Shown: positions 50,153-60,629, counted from the stretch's first letter. The stretch is DNA of 64,000 nt from an uncultured Dorea sp. (GCA_910584265.1 CAJTZE010000002.1:4161-68160); one strand, 5' to 3'. Numbers and translations: made by a program. The notes: generated from the sequence alone by a model not told the origin.

Positions 50153-50672
50153 AGAGTTACGGAAATTAAAGAGAAGGGAGCTGCTCAAGATGCTTCTTGT
50201 ACAGTGCCAGGAAACAGAGCGGCTGCAGCAGGAATTGATCGAGATAACGAATACACATGAGACGATGATGGAGAGCTACGAACGGCTGAAGGTGAAGCTG
50301 AATGTGAAGGATGAAAGGCTGAACCAGAAGGATGCGAAAATACGGGAGCTGCAGAATACAATAGAAGGGATAAAGGCTTCCAGGGAAATTGAACTGGAGG
50401 AAGCGGGTTCTATCGCAGAAGCGGCGCTTAGGCTGAACGGGGTATTCGAGGCGGCCCAGAGAGCGGCTGAACAGTATTTGGTCAATGTGCGGAGCCTGTC
50501 GGAGAGAGCGCCTGAGATACCGGAAATCCCGGCGGAGGAGAAGCAGATTCCGATAGAAACAGGATGGAGAGCCGGAATCCGAAGAAGAGGAACGGCTTCA
50601 CGCGTCCGGCCGGCTGCAGGCGGGGAGGATTCCCTGACATTGGCGGCGGTTTCAGGTAAGGCTCATGGATAG
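50142..50672 (+). CDS. Coiled-coil hypothetical protein
   Basis: RBS GGAGG; LKRRELLKML, AGSIAEAALRLNGVFEAAQ; overlaps both neighbours. Confidence 0.7.
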   Translation: MASKELRKLKRRELLKMLLVQCQETERLQQELIEITNTHETMMESYERLKVKLNVKDERLNQKDAKIRELQNTIEGIKASREIELEEAGSIAEAALRLNGVFEAAQRAAEQYLVNVRSLSERAPEIPEIPAEEKQIPIETGWRAGIRRRGTASRVRPAAGGEDSLTLAAVSGKAHG

Positions 50673-51255
50673 CAGGAAACAGGAGATTCCTGAAATTCCT
50701 TCGATAGAGCTTTTAAAGGAAGAGCTGGCAAGAGAAGAATCCCGGTATGGGTTTCGGAAGGCGCTGTTAAGCGCGGCCGGGGTGCTGGTAGTAATTGCCG
50801 CGGTAGCGGCGCTTCTGGCGACCAGAATGTTCGTGTTGATACGGATAAACGGAAATAGTATGGAACCGACACTTAAGGAAGACGAAATCGTATTCCTGCG
50901 CCAGACGAAGGAGATCGAGACAGGAGATGTGATCGGATTTTATTTTGGAGGAAGAATACTCTTAAAGCGCGTGATCGGAAGCGCCGGAGATGAGATAGAT
51001 ATTGACAGCGGAGGCAATGTATCTGTTAATGGAACGAAGCTTGACGAACCTTATCTGACCGCAAAGAGCCTGGGGAAATGCGAACTGGAATTTCCCTATA
51101 AGGTGCCGGAGGGAATGGTTTTCGTATTGGGCGATAACAGGGCAGTCTCGATAGACAGCCGGATCAAGGCTGTCGGCTGTGTACAGGAGGATCAGATTGT
51201 TGGCAGGGCAATATGCATAGGGTGGCCGCCGGGCCGCATGGGAATAATGCATTAG
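50665..51255 (+). CDS. Signal peptidase I (S26A; pilus-associated SipA/LepA-like)
   Basis: GNSMEP, LLKRV, GDNRAVSIDSR. Confidence 0.9.
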   Translation: MDSRKQEIPEIPSIELLKEELAREESRYGFRKALLSAAGVLVVIAAVAALLATRMFVLIRINGNSMEPTLKEDEIVFLRQTKEIETGDVIGFYFGGRILLKRVIGSAGDEIDIDSGGNVSVNGTKLDEPYLTAKSLGKCELEFPYKVPEGMVFVLGDNRAVSIDSRIKAVGCVQEDQIVGRAICIGWPPGRMGIMH

Positions 51256-51267
51256 GAAGGTGAGAAG

Positions 51268-54200
51268 ATGCAGGAACTTGTGAGAGAATATTTAAATGAG
51301 TTAAAGAAAAAGCAGAAGAAACGCAGGAGGATCCGGATTATCGTTGCGGCATTTGCGCTCGTTGTGGCCAGCGGTGTCATCTGGAGCCTGACTCAGGCGG
51401 GTATTGCGATGACAGGCAGCGCGAAGTGCGGCATGGAAGAGCATACACATGGAGACGGATGCTATACGGATACGCTGGCATGCGGGCAGGAAGAAAGCGC
51501 AGGGCATACACATACCGATGCCTGCTGGCAGACCACGCAGATGCTGGTGTGCGGACAGGAGGAATCGGAGGAGCACGTACATGCAGAAGCCTGTTATCAG
51601 GCAGAGCAGACACTGGTATGTGGACAGGAGGAATATGCAGGGCATGCACATACCGAGGCATGTTATAGCAGACAGCTGGCTTGCGGCAGACAGGAGCACA
51701 TCCACACCGATGCCTGCTTCACCGATAACAGTGCAGATGTAGAGGACGCATCCAAGTGGGCGGCTCAGTATGAGAAAACAGAGTGGAAGGATGCCTGGGG
51801 TGAGGATCTTGTGCTCGCGGCGAGACAACAGCTGGATTACAAGGAAAGCGCTGCAAACTATATCGTAACTGAGGATGGAAGCCACAAAGGCTATACCCGA
51901 TACGGACAGTTTGCAGGAGACAGCTACATTGACTGGGATGCTTCTTTTGTAAACTTTTGTATGTATTATGCAGGACTGACAGAGTCCGGGGTGTTCCCGG
52001 ATGAGAAGAAGGCCGCTGACTGGTATGACAAATTCGTGGGAGCAGAGGAAGGAAAGAATAAAGTTTACCTGGCGGCCGCAGAAGGCTATGAGCCGAAGGA
52101 AGGGGATCTCATCTTCACCAGACGGGAAAATGAAGAGACAGATTTTCAGATGGGAATCGTTTCTTCCTATGATATAGAGAAAAATGAGATAAAGGTTATT
52201 GAAGGAAACAGCGGCAATCAGGTAAAGGAAAATACCTACGCCGCCACCGACAGGTACATCTTGGAATATCTGAAAATCAGCGAGCTGGAACAGGAATATA
52301 AGAAGCAGGAAAATGAGACGGCCACAGGAGATATAAAAGGGGAAAACACAGAAACAGAAGAAGAGACAGATGCCGGGGAAGAGAGCCCTGCAGGAAACAT
52401 TGATAAGGTATACACAGACGGTACAATTATTGTCAGAGCAAGCTATAACGAGGATGCAGAGATCCCGGCAGAGGCAGAGCTGATTGCAGAGCAGATCACT
52501 GCGGAGGAGCATGAAGAGCATTACGCAGAGCGGGAATCTGAATTCCGGGAAACACTGGAGAACGAGAACGCTACGATGCGGGCGCTGTTGAAAATCGGCT
52601 TCTATGTAGACGGAAAAGAGGTAGAGCCGAAGAGTCCTGTAACGATAACCGTACAGTTCTTAGACGAGAACGGGCTGGCAGAAGGAAAGCCGGTGACAAT
52701 CGTTCACTTTGCAGATCAGGGCGCAGAGGTGCTGGATGGAAGTAAAGCAGATAACAATAGCACGACATTTAGGACGGATAGCTTCTCAGAGTTCGCGATT
52801 GCGGATGAAATGGAAGGAGCAGATCCGGGGGAGTCCAGACCGATTGACAAAAGCTTCGAGTATGAGGATGAGGTATTTCATATCAGCTTTCATGTAACCG
52901 GGAATGCCGTAATGACGGATGAGATGATGCCAGAGGACATGAAGGATGCGGCGGATGCAGAGACGGCTGTGGGGGAAGAAGGAGAAGAAATAGCAGAGAA
53001 GTATCAATTTAAGGTAAAGGTACTGGATGAGGATTCGGAGGAATATCAAGAGTTTAAGGAGTACGCCGAGACGACGAAAGAAGGAGAGCATCAATTATTA
53101 CTGAATGTTATGAAGTTTTCCTTATTTTATGAGGGGATAGAGCTTGATCTGACGGATTGCGAGGTTATGGCAGAAATTACACCTACTGAGGAGCTGGCAG
53201 AATACATACCCACAGCTGAAACAGAAGAACAGGGAGAGGATCAGAAGAATGAGGCAGAGAATGAAGAGGGTGCTGGATTTCAGCTTTTTTCACCGGATCT
53301 TATAAAAAGACAGCAGAAAAATATTTTGACAAATGAGGAAAATGAAGAAACGATGGACGCTGGCGGCGAGGACGTCATAGAGGAGGCGGCACAGGAGGTC
53401 TTTGTTTCAACCTTTGACAGGGCGGATGACGGGGAAATATGTAAACAGGGTACGGTGTCTGTAAACATAGAGAAGATAGAAACTGGCGGACCGGTGATGA
53501 AAGTTCCTGTAAGAAATCAAACTGTGGGAACAGGAGTAGAAGACCCGACAAATCCAAATTTTACAGTTCAATATTACACGGTAATGCCTCGTGCGGTAAC
53601 GGATGAAAATTCACCGCTGGCAGCAGGCTGTTCTAAATTAACTATTATTGATACTGAAAAATCAGGGGAAAACGAAGGCGGAAATTTGCCAGTAAATGGT
53701 GTGGAGCCTGACTTGAAAAATGTTTTTCTGGGCAGTGACGGAGAGGTTGTAATGCAGGATACGCTGACAGAAATCTATGCCAGCAGGCAGCTTACGTATT
53801 TTAAAGCGCCGACTATAAATTATTTCGACGTATTGATCAATAGGAAAACGAACTATAGCTTGGAGAAGGTGCTGGTATCACGAGATAATGGCGTAACGTG
53901 GGAGGAATATATATATAATTCGAATCTGCATTTTACAAACAGACAGGATATTGCTGACGCAGAACAAAATAGTGCAGAGGGAGGATATGTATGGATAAGC
54001 CGGGATGCTATTATCCGCCTGTTATACAAGATGGAAACTGAGACAAAGGAATTTGGTGCATCGTTTTATGACTATGACATAAGTTCTGTAAAGAGTAATG
54101 GCGCATATGTAACGCAGGAAGGCGGTATTAACACCGGAAGCAATTATTCCGAGGGCGGCGGCGCAAGATATGCGTTTGGAAATGCTAATACGGGAACAAA

Positions 54201-55680
54201 TGCCGCATTAGAAAAGGCAGATGGAATCGGATATATCAATGTACGTAATAGGAGCGTAATGGAGCGCAAGGATAACGGTGATGCAGGGGCAGGAAGCGGA
54301 GCAGTGGATTATGGCTATGCAGGCTGTGCGTTCAAGCTGGTAGATGGAATGAGTGTTGATGAGAGCGGGAAGCCTGTTATCGATTTCTCGCCCGGGATTG
54401 TTGGGCCGGAGAATCTGTTCGGAAATGCGTCTGATAAAGACATGGAAGGAAAAACAGAGTATTCCGGAAGCCTTGTTTTTGACCGGAAAGGAGATGTCCA
54501 TACTTTAACAACAGCAAATGTAACAGGAGCAAAGGGAGCGGCGAACCTGAATAAGTTTAACAATCCCGGTGATTCGCTCACAACATATTCTGCTATTTGG
54601 ACGAATAATTTTTGGCCTATGGATAATGCGGCCGGCAAGCGGTATGACCCGGAATTTGGAAAACGCGGGGATACGATACAACGAACAACGCATGAATCCA
54701 GAAAAAATGGCTGGGCAAATAAGCTTACGACTATTTTTCCGGGAAGTGATGATTTTGTAAATCATAACAGCTACTTTGGGATGACCTATCAGGTTGATTT
54801 TGAATTAACTGGAGATTACGTGGGACCGTTGGAATATTATTTTTTTGGTGATGATGATATGTGGGTCTTCCTAAGCGGGGGCCAGCTTCAGTCGCCCCGG
54901 CTGATCTGTGACATTGGCGGTCTTCATTCAGCGGTGGGAGAGTATGTCAATCTATGGGATTACCTTCCTAAGGATGCCAAGGGTACTTATACACTAAGCT
55001 TCTTTTATACGGAGCGGGGCGCTTCTGGCTCCACTTGCTGGATGCAGTTTACACTGCCGTCAGTATCGACAAAGGAGCCGGAAAAAACATTAAAGGATTA
55101 TGGAAATCTGATCGTTAGGAAAGAGGTTGAAGAAACAAAAGACGGAGAGATAGTGACCGATTATCCTGGACAGGATGAATTTAGCTTTACAATCTATTTG
55201 AAAGCAGAGGATGAGGAGTCCGCGCTTGCGGATGACTATTCTTATATTATTTACAATAAAAATAATGAAGAGATAGGAAACAATATTGTTGACAGGACAG
55301 CAATCCATGATGGAAGTACATTTACTTTGAGGCATGGGGATTGGATTGAAGTAAAGCACATACCCAAAGGTGCATATTACGAAATCGTTGAAAATACAGG
55401 AACGATAAAAGCCGGTAACGTGGAATATGCTTGTGATACCACGATAACAGTTGAAAAGGATCCTCAAAACAGGGTGGATGTGCCAAATAAAAGGGTATCA
55501 GGACATATTGCCGGTGAGACAACAATTGCAATTCAATATGTGAACAAGGTAAATATCTATACACTTCCATCTACCGGCGGCTCTGGAATTTATGTGTATA
55601 TGTTCAGCGGTGTACTGATACTATCAGCCGCATCACTGATGACATATAGAAAAAAGCGTAGGGGGGTGCTGAGAAGTTAA
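51268..55680 (+). CDS. Large LPXTG surface protein / pilus tip adhesin
   Basis: N-terminal TM, Cys/His repeats, CHAP-like domain, fibro-slime motif (FFGDDDMWVF...DIGGLH...FFYTERG), LPSTGG plus TM plus basic tail. Confidence 0.85.
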   Translation: MQELVREYLNELKKKQKKRRRIRIIVAAFALVVASGVIWSLTQAGIAMTGSAKCGMEEHTHGDGCYTDTLACGQEESAGHTHTDACWQTTQMLVCGQEESEEHVHAEACYQAEQTLVCGQEEYAGHAHTEACYSRQLACGRQEHIHTDACFTDNSADVEDASKWAAQYEKTEWKDAWGEDLVLAARQQLDYKESAANYIVTEDGSHKGYTRYGQFAGDSYIDWDASFVNFCMYYAGLTESGVFPDEKKAADWYDKFVGAEEGKNKVYLAAAEGYEPKEGDLIFTRRENEETDFQMGIVSSYDIEKNEIKVIEGNSGNQVKENTYAATDRYILEYLKISELEQEYKKQENETATGDIKGENTETEEETDAGEESPAGNIDKVYTDGTIIVRASYNEDAEIPAEAELIAEQITAEEHEEHYAERESEFRETLENENATMRALLKIGFYVDGKEVEPKSPVTITVQFLDENGLAEGKPVTIVHFADQGAEVLDGSKADNNSTTFRTDSFSEFAIADEMEGADPGESRPIDKSFEYEDEVFHISFHVTGNAVMTDEMMPEDMKDAADAETAVGEEGEEIAEKYQFKVKVLDEDSEEYQEFKEYAETTKEGEHQLLLNVMKFSLFYEGIELDLTDCEVMAEITPTEELAEYIPTAETEEQGEDQKNEAENEEGAGFQLFSPDLIKRQQKNILTNEENEETMDAGGEDVIEEAAQEVFVSTFDRADDGEICKQGTVSVNIEKIETGGPVMKVPVRNQTVGTGVEDPTNPNFTVQYYTVMPRAVTDENSPLAAGCSKLTIIDTEKSGENEGGNLPVNGVEPDLKNVFLGSDGEVVMQDTLTEIYASRQLTYFKAPTINYFDVLINRKTNYSLEKVLVSRDNGVTWEEYIYNSNLHFTNRQDIADAEQNSAEGGYVWISRDAIIRLLYKMETETKEFGASFYDYDISSVKSNGAYVTQEGGINTGSNYSEGGGARYAFGNANTGTNAALEKADGIGYINVRNRSVMERKDNGDAGAGSGAVDYGYAGCAFKLVDGMSVDESGKPVIDFSPGIVGPENLFGNASDKDMEGKTEYSGSLVFDRKGDVHTLTTANVTGAKGAANLNKFNNPGDSLTTYSAIWTNNFWPMDNAAGKRYDPEFGKRGDTIQRTTHESRKNGWANKLTTIFPGSDDFVNHNSYFGMTYQVDFELTGDYVGPLEYYFFGDDDMWVFLSGGQLQSPRLICDIGGLHSAVGEYVNLWDYLPKDAKGTYTLSFFYTERGASGSTCWMQFTLPSVSTKEPEKTLKDYGNLIVRKEVEETKDGEIVTDYPGQDEFSFTIYLKAEDEESALADDYSYIIYNKNNEEIGNNIVDRTAIHDGSTFTLRHGDWIEVKHIPKGAYYEIVENTGTIKAGNVEYACDTTITVEKDPQNRVDVPNKRVSGHIAGETTIAIQYVNKVNIYTLPSTGGSGIYVYMFSGVLILSAASLMTYRKKRRGVLRS
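51427..51720 (+). repeat. Five tandem CGxxE(x3)HxHxxxC[YWF] coding repeats
   Basis: CGMEEHTHGDGCY, CGQEESAGHTHTDACW, CGQEESEEHVHAEACY, CGQEEYAGHAHTEACY, CGRQEHIHTDACF. Confidence 0.9.
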
Positions 55681-55812
55681 GAAGTGAAACCGCTTTTTGG
55701 CGGTCCCTGTAGCGCAGAGGCAGAGGCGCATAGTTTGTGCGAAAGACGGCAGTGCACTGAAAGTATGCAGCTCTGTAGGAAAGCAGAAAAGAAATGAGAA
55801 AAGGAGAAGAAA

Positions 55813-57459
55813 ATGAAAAAGTTAAGAAAAGTATTTGCAGTGATCGTATCACTGGCAATGGTTCTGGGATTGTCTATGACGGCATTCGCGGCTCCGGCAT
55901 TGTCTCAGGTGCCGAAAGGAGAAGTTAAAGTTTACAATGTAAATGAAAAAAGTGAAGTAATTGCTTACCAGATTGTTAGGTATGATACAGCTGGAAGCTA
56001 TGTGAAAGCTGATGGAACAAAGCCGGCAGATCTGAAGGCGCCGACTGCAGATGAAATCAAAGCGATAGCAAAGGCTATTGCCGCAACAGCAGATAACAAA
56101 GGTGTAACACCTGATAAGGCTGATGCGTTATATTTCCAGAAGAAAGTATTAACTCCCAATGGTACTTCGTATACAGGTGATGTAGATGCAGGTATGTGGG
56201 TTGTGCTGGTTAAAAGCGGCGGATCAAAGATTTATAATCCGATGATCGTCAGTGCAAATGTAACGGCTGATGGAACAGTTCAAGGCGGAGAAGTTGACGC
56301 AGATGGAAGTTTTAAAGAGGGCGCCAGCAGTACAATTGAACTGTATGCAAAATCCGATGAGGCGAATGTAACAAAGAGTGTCGCAGATGATGATAAAGCA
56401 TATGAAATCGGTGATGATATCCACTTTACGGTTACAGCAGATGTGCCGGAATACAGCTCAAGCTATAGAGAGGTTGTCTATCAGCTTTCTGATACGCTGC
56501 AGGGCGGCCTTATATTTAATGAGGAGTCGGTAGAAGTAAAAGTAAATGGCAAGACCTACACAAAAAATCAGCCAGAGTTTACAAATGCCGGCACTACTAT
56601 GACAATCCAGATTGATTCAGCTACCGTGCTGGATCCGCAGAATCAGGGAGAAGGTAAGGTTGTTGTTACTTATACAGCGAAATTAACAGAGGATGCAAAA
56701 GAAGCTTTAGCGGCCAATGTTAACCCGACAACAAATAAGGTTGAATTAGAATATACGAACAACCCGTCAAACAAGGATGATAAAACGAAAAAGGACGATG
56801 AAACCTTCCACTATACCTTTGGTATTGATGCAAGTGTATTTGGCCAGAATAGCGAGATACACAAGAATTTCATAAAGACGGAAGAGGGAACCATTGAGGA
56901 AGTAGATGGAGTAGAGACGAAAAAACCAGGTGCACCGCTTGCAGGAGCCCAGTTTGAGATACTTAGGAAGAATGAAAATAATGAATATGTAAGGGTTTCC
57001 GGAATACGCGGAGTGGATGCTGATGGAAATACGACTACGGATGGAACAACTTTCTCTGATAAAGACGGACTTACCAAATTTGTGGGACTGGATGCAAATG
57101 TAGAGTATTTCCTGCGTGAGATTGCGGCTCCGGTAGGATACAGTAAAGTAGATACAATTGTTCCTGTAAAGGTTACAGCACAATTTGAAGAGAATGGCAA
57201 GTTAAAAGATGGATGGAGTATAACAGTAGGTGATAAGGCATTAGACACAGATGAAACAAATGTGTATACATGGAATAATGATGGAACGGCTACTGTGGTA
57301 CCGCCAACTGAAAATCCGTATTATTTCGAGAATACAACTCTTGCATCCCTTCCATCAACTGGTGGTATCGGTACTACAATCTTCACAATTGGCGGATGCA
57401 TCATTATGGTTGCAGCGGCAGGTTTATTCTTCGCAAGCCGCAGAAAATCTTCAAAATAA
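55813..57459 (+). CDS. Major (backbone) pilin, SpaA/EbpC-like
   Basis: Signal peptide, pilin-motif variant LYAKS, D2 isopeptide-type domain, E-box YFLREIAAPVGY, LPSTGG. Confidence 0.88.
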   Translation: MKKLRKVFAVIVSLAMVLGLSMTAFAAPALSQVPKGEVKVYNVNEKSEVIAYQIVRYDTAGSYVKADGTKPADLKAPTADEIKAIAKAIAATADNKGVTPDKADALYFQKKVLTPNGTSYTGDVDAGMWVVLVKSGGSKIYNPMIVSANVTADGTVQGGEVDADGSFKEGASSTIELYAKSDEANVTKSVADDDKAYEIGDDIHFTVTADVPEYSSSYREVVYQLSDTLQGGLIFNEESVEVKVNGKTYTKNQPEFTNAGTTMTIQIDSATVLDPQNQGEGKVVVTYTAKLTEDAKEALAANVNPTTNKVELEYTNNPSNKDDKTKKDDETFHYTFGIDASVFGQNSEIHKNFIKTEEGTIEEVDGVETKKPGAPLAGAQFEILRKNENNEYVRVSGIRGVDADGNTTTDGTTFSDKDGLTKFVGLDANVEYFLREIAAPVGYSKVDTIVPVKVTAQFEENGKLKDGWSITVGDKALDTDETNVYTWNNDGTATVVPPTENPYYFENTTLASLPSTGGIGTTIFTIGGCIIMVAAAGLFFASRRKSSK

Positions 57460-57604
57460 TGATCCAGTACGATGAGCAGTTCGGCATCAGCTGAACGAGG
57501 CGGCATCAGGATGAAATGAATAATTACTTAGGAAGCTCCGGGGCAGTTACTGTCCCGGAGCAGTAAAGGCAGAACACATAAATACAGCTGTAAGGAGAGT
57601 CCGG

Positions 57605-58543
57605 ATGAAAAAATATGCAAGTAAAATTTTCATAGTGATTTTATTTTTAGCCGGGTTGTCCTTGCTACTGTATCCGTTTATCGCAGACAGATGGAATAGC
57701 TACAGACAGCAGAGATTAATGAGCAATTACGATCAGGTGGTGGCTGAGAAGGAGGCCGCGGGACTGATCGACTACAATCAGGAGTGGGAGCTGGCGGAAG
57801 CTTATAATAGAGGGCTGCTTCCCAGCATCCTGCCGGATGCATTTGCGGAGGCAGAGGTTTCAAAGGCAAACGGCGAGGATGAGGCATATCAGTTGTGCTT
57901 GAACATTACCGGAAACGGCATGATGGGAACGGTAGAGATTCCGAAGATCAAAGTGAAGCTCCCGATTTTCCACGGTACGGAGGAAGAGACGCTGGAGAGA
58001 GCGGCGGGACATCTGGAGGGAAGCTCCCTTCCGGTCGGCGGGGAAGATACCCACGCGGTTATCACTGCCCACAGAGGATTGCCGAGCGCCAAGCTATTTA
58101 CGGACTTGGACCAGATGAAGAAGGGGGATCATTTCCTGATCCATGTGCTGAATGATACGCTCTGCTATCAGGTGGATCAGATCACGGTGATCGAGCCGGA
58201 GGATACGGCCGCGTTGTCGGTGGTGGAAGGGATGGATCTGGTAACGCTTCTCACCTGTACGCCATACGGTGTCAACAGCCACCGTATGCTGGTGCGGGGG
58301 CACAGAGTGCCGTATACGCCGGAGGTTCTTGACGAGAATGTACCACTGAGCAACATGAGCCTGCGGACCAATTACATACTTTGGATTGTAATAGGTTTAT
58401 TGATCACAGGATTGTTCAGTATCTTCTTATATAAAAGGGAGAAGAAATTGAGAACTGCGAAGGCTGCAGGCCAGACAGCGGAAGCGGCGCCGGAGAATGC
58501 GGCTGAACCGGGAACAGAGCCCGGAGAAAAGCAGGAGGGATAG
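57605..58543 (+). CDS. srtC: Class C sortase
   Basis: TAHRGL, TLLTCTPYGVNSHR, lid-like DAF, N- and C-terminal TMs. Confidence 0.95.
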   Translation: MKKYASKIFIVILFLAGLSLLLYPFIADRWNSYRQQRLMSNYDQVVAEKEAAGLIDYNQEWELAEAYNRGLLPSILPDAFAEAEVSKANGEDEAYQLCLNITGNGMMGTVEIPKIKVKLPIFHGTEEETLERAAGHLEGSSLPVGGEDTHAVITAHRGLPSAKLFTDLDQMKKGDHFLIHVLNDTLCYQVDQITVIEPEDTAALSVVEGMDLVTLLTCTPYGVNSHRMLVRGHRVPYTPEVLDENVPLSNMSLRTNYILWIVIGLLITGLFSIFLYKREKKLRTAKAAGQTAEAAPENAAEPGTEPGEKQEG

Positions 58544-58545
58544 AT

Positions 58546-59517
58546 ATGAAGAGAAAAATATCCACATTTCTATTTGGACTGCTGTTTCTCGTCGGATTCG
58601 GGATTCTGGCATATCCAACCATTTCCAATCAGTGGAATACCTACCGTCAGTCGAGGCTGATTTCTAACTACGACAGCGTGGTGAGTGAAATGACGGAAGA
58701 GGATTTTACAAGAGAATGGGAATTGGCCAGAAGCTATAATCAGACATTTGAAGGCAACAGCATCCGTACGGATATCTTTGGGACGGAGCATTCAGAGGAT
58801 ATTAAGGATACCGAATACTGGGAGGTGCTGAATGCTGCCGGGGATGGGATTATGGGATACATTACCATCCCGAAGATCAATATCAAGCTGTCCATTTACC
58901 ATGGAACAGACGAGGAGGTACTCCAGACCGGAGTGGGACATTTGAATGGAACGAAGCTTCCCATCGGCGGCGAGGGCAATCACAGCGTATTGTCTGCCCA
59001 TAGAGGCCTGCCGAGCGCGAAGCTGTTTACCGATATTGACCAGTTAAAGAATAAAGACAGATTCTATCTGCACATTTTGAATGAGGATATGGCTTACGAG
59101 GTGGATCAGGTGCTTCCCATGGTGGCGAAGGACGATTACGATATGCTGGAGGAAGCGCTGAAGACAGAGGAAGGGCAGGATTATGTGACGCTGTTTACCT
59201 GTACGCCTTACGGCGTCAACAGCCACCGCTTATTGGTGCGCGGACACAGAGTTCCTTATGACGGGGAGTTGGAGTCTACGCCTGTGGATTCGATGGTGCA
59301 GGCAATCCAGAATTATTATATGCTGTACCTGCTGCTTGGACTTGGCGTGACGGCGCTTGCGATATTTGTAATGCGCCGCAGGATGAAGAAGAAAAGCCTT
59401 CAGCAGGCGGGGAGGAAGAATGCGGAGACGGCGCAGGAAACAGAGCCGGAGCCTGTATCGGATATAGAAATGGAGACAAAGACGGAAAGAGAGAACCATA
59501 AGGAGGGAAAGAGTTGA
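58546..59517 (+). CDS. srtC: Class C sortase
   Basis: SAHRGL, TLFTCTPYGVNSHR, lid-like DIF. Confidence 0.95.
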   Translation: MKRKISTFLFGLLFLVGFGILAYPTISNQWNTYRQSRLISNYDSVVSEMTEEDFTREWELARSYNQTFEGNSIRTDIFGTEHSEDIKDTEYWEVLNAAGDGIMGYITIPKINIKLSIYHGTDEEVLQTGVGHLNGTKLPIGGEGNHSVLSAHRGLPSAKLFTDIDQLKNKDRFYLHILNEDMAYEVDQVLPMVAKDDYDMLEEALKTEEGQDYVTLFTCTPYGVNSHRLLVRGHRVPYDGELESTPVDSMVQAIQNYYMLYLLLGLGVTALAIFVMRRRMKKKSLQQAGRKNAETAQETEPEPVSDIEMETKTERENHKEGKS

Positions 59518-60611
59518 AGATAAGCAGAAAAGCAAAAACCGGATGTGCGGCAGTTCTGACGGCGCTGGTGACGCTGATTGGACTGTCCATGCAGCAGACC
59601 TATGCGGCTGAGGGGATTGATTTAAATGAACCGTGCAGTATTATGGTATCCGCGGCAGACGGGCCGGGCAGCGAGGATATGAAATCAGATTTTCAGGATA
59701 TGATGATTCCGGTTGAACTTTACCGGGTGGCATCTGTGGATGTGACCGGGCAGAATTATGAAGCGAATGAGGCATTTCAGTCTATAAAGGATGATTTGAA
59801 GGCGATCAGCAGCGATACAACAGCAGATGACTGGAAGAACATGGCTAAAAAGGCAGCAGAGCCGGAGAATCTTGCGGCGGCAAAGGAGCTGGATACTGCA
59901 GACCAGCCTCTTTACTGGGGAACGAAGATGGCAGGAGGGACAGCTTCATTTAGCGGGCTGACCCCGGGAATGTATCTGTTGGTACCGGCAGAGGCATACA
60001 ATAGCGATTATTCGGTGCTGTATCGGTTTACCCCGTATTTGACAGCCCTCCCAAGCAGTGATTACACATTGAGCGGGGGAGAGAGCAATAATGATGAATG
60101 GCACTACAATACAACCATAGGCCTGAAACCGGAGGCAGTACCGCAGACGGGGTCGCTTAGGATTGTGAAGACGCTGGAAAGCTACAATGAGACTCTGGAG
60201 AAGGCATCCTTCTCCTTCCGGATACAGGGATTTGACGGGAATGAAGAGGTGTATAACAATGTTGCTTCTATCACCTGTCCCGGCGAGGATGGATCTTACA
60301 AACAGGAAATCGTAATTTCTGGTTTCCCGACAGGACTTAGGATGATAGTCACAGAGGAGTATACCGGAGCCAGCTATGAGCTGGTAAGCGGAGGCATGGT
60401 ACACGATATTATTGTTTCGGATGCGGCAACAGGCAGTGATCCCGGGCGGTGGCCGATGGCAGAGGCACAATTTGTCAACCGCTATAACGGAGGAAACAGA
60501 GGGGGCTATGGTGTAACCAATCATTTTGACTATGCGGGAGAGACTGCTGACGGCGGCAATGTATGGGAGTGGGCAGATCCTAATGCAGCGGATAGTCCGG
60601 AAGGAAATTAG
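59514..60611 (+). CDS. Secreted Cna-B/pilin-like protein without an obvious anchor
   Basis: Signal peptide; FSGLTPGMYLL, GSLRIVKT and FVNRY Cna-B-like motifs; no LPXTG or C-terminal TM. Confidence 0.6.
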   Translation: MKISRKAKTGCAAVLTALVTLIGLSMQQTYAAEGIDLNEPCSIMVSAADGPGSEDMKSDFQDMMIPVELYRVASVDVTGQNYEANEAFQSIKDDLKAISSDTTADDWKNMAKKAAEPENLAAAKELDTADQPLYWGTKMAGGTASFSGLTPGMYLLVPAEAYNSDYSVLYRFTPYLTALPSSDYTLSGGESNNDEWHYNTTIGLKPEAVPQTGSLRIVKTLESYNETLEKASFSFRIQGFDGNEEVYNNVASITCPGEDGSYKQEIVISGFPTGLRMIVTEEYTGASYELVSGGMVHDIIVSDAATGSDPGRWPMAEAQFVNRYNGGNRGGYGVTNHFDYAGETADGGNVWEWADPNAADSPEGN

Positions 60612-60629
60612 GAAGGAGCTGCGATAGAT

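Noticed and set aside
51301..52521. Long antisense ORFs (also 59946-61307, 41141-41989, 22680-23438 and others)
   Set aside because: Shadows of well-supported genes on the opposite strand, with no protein motifs.
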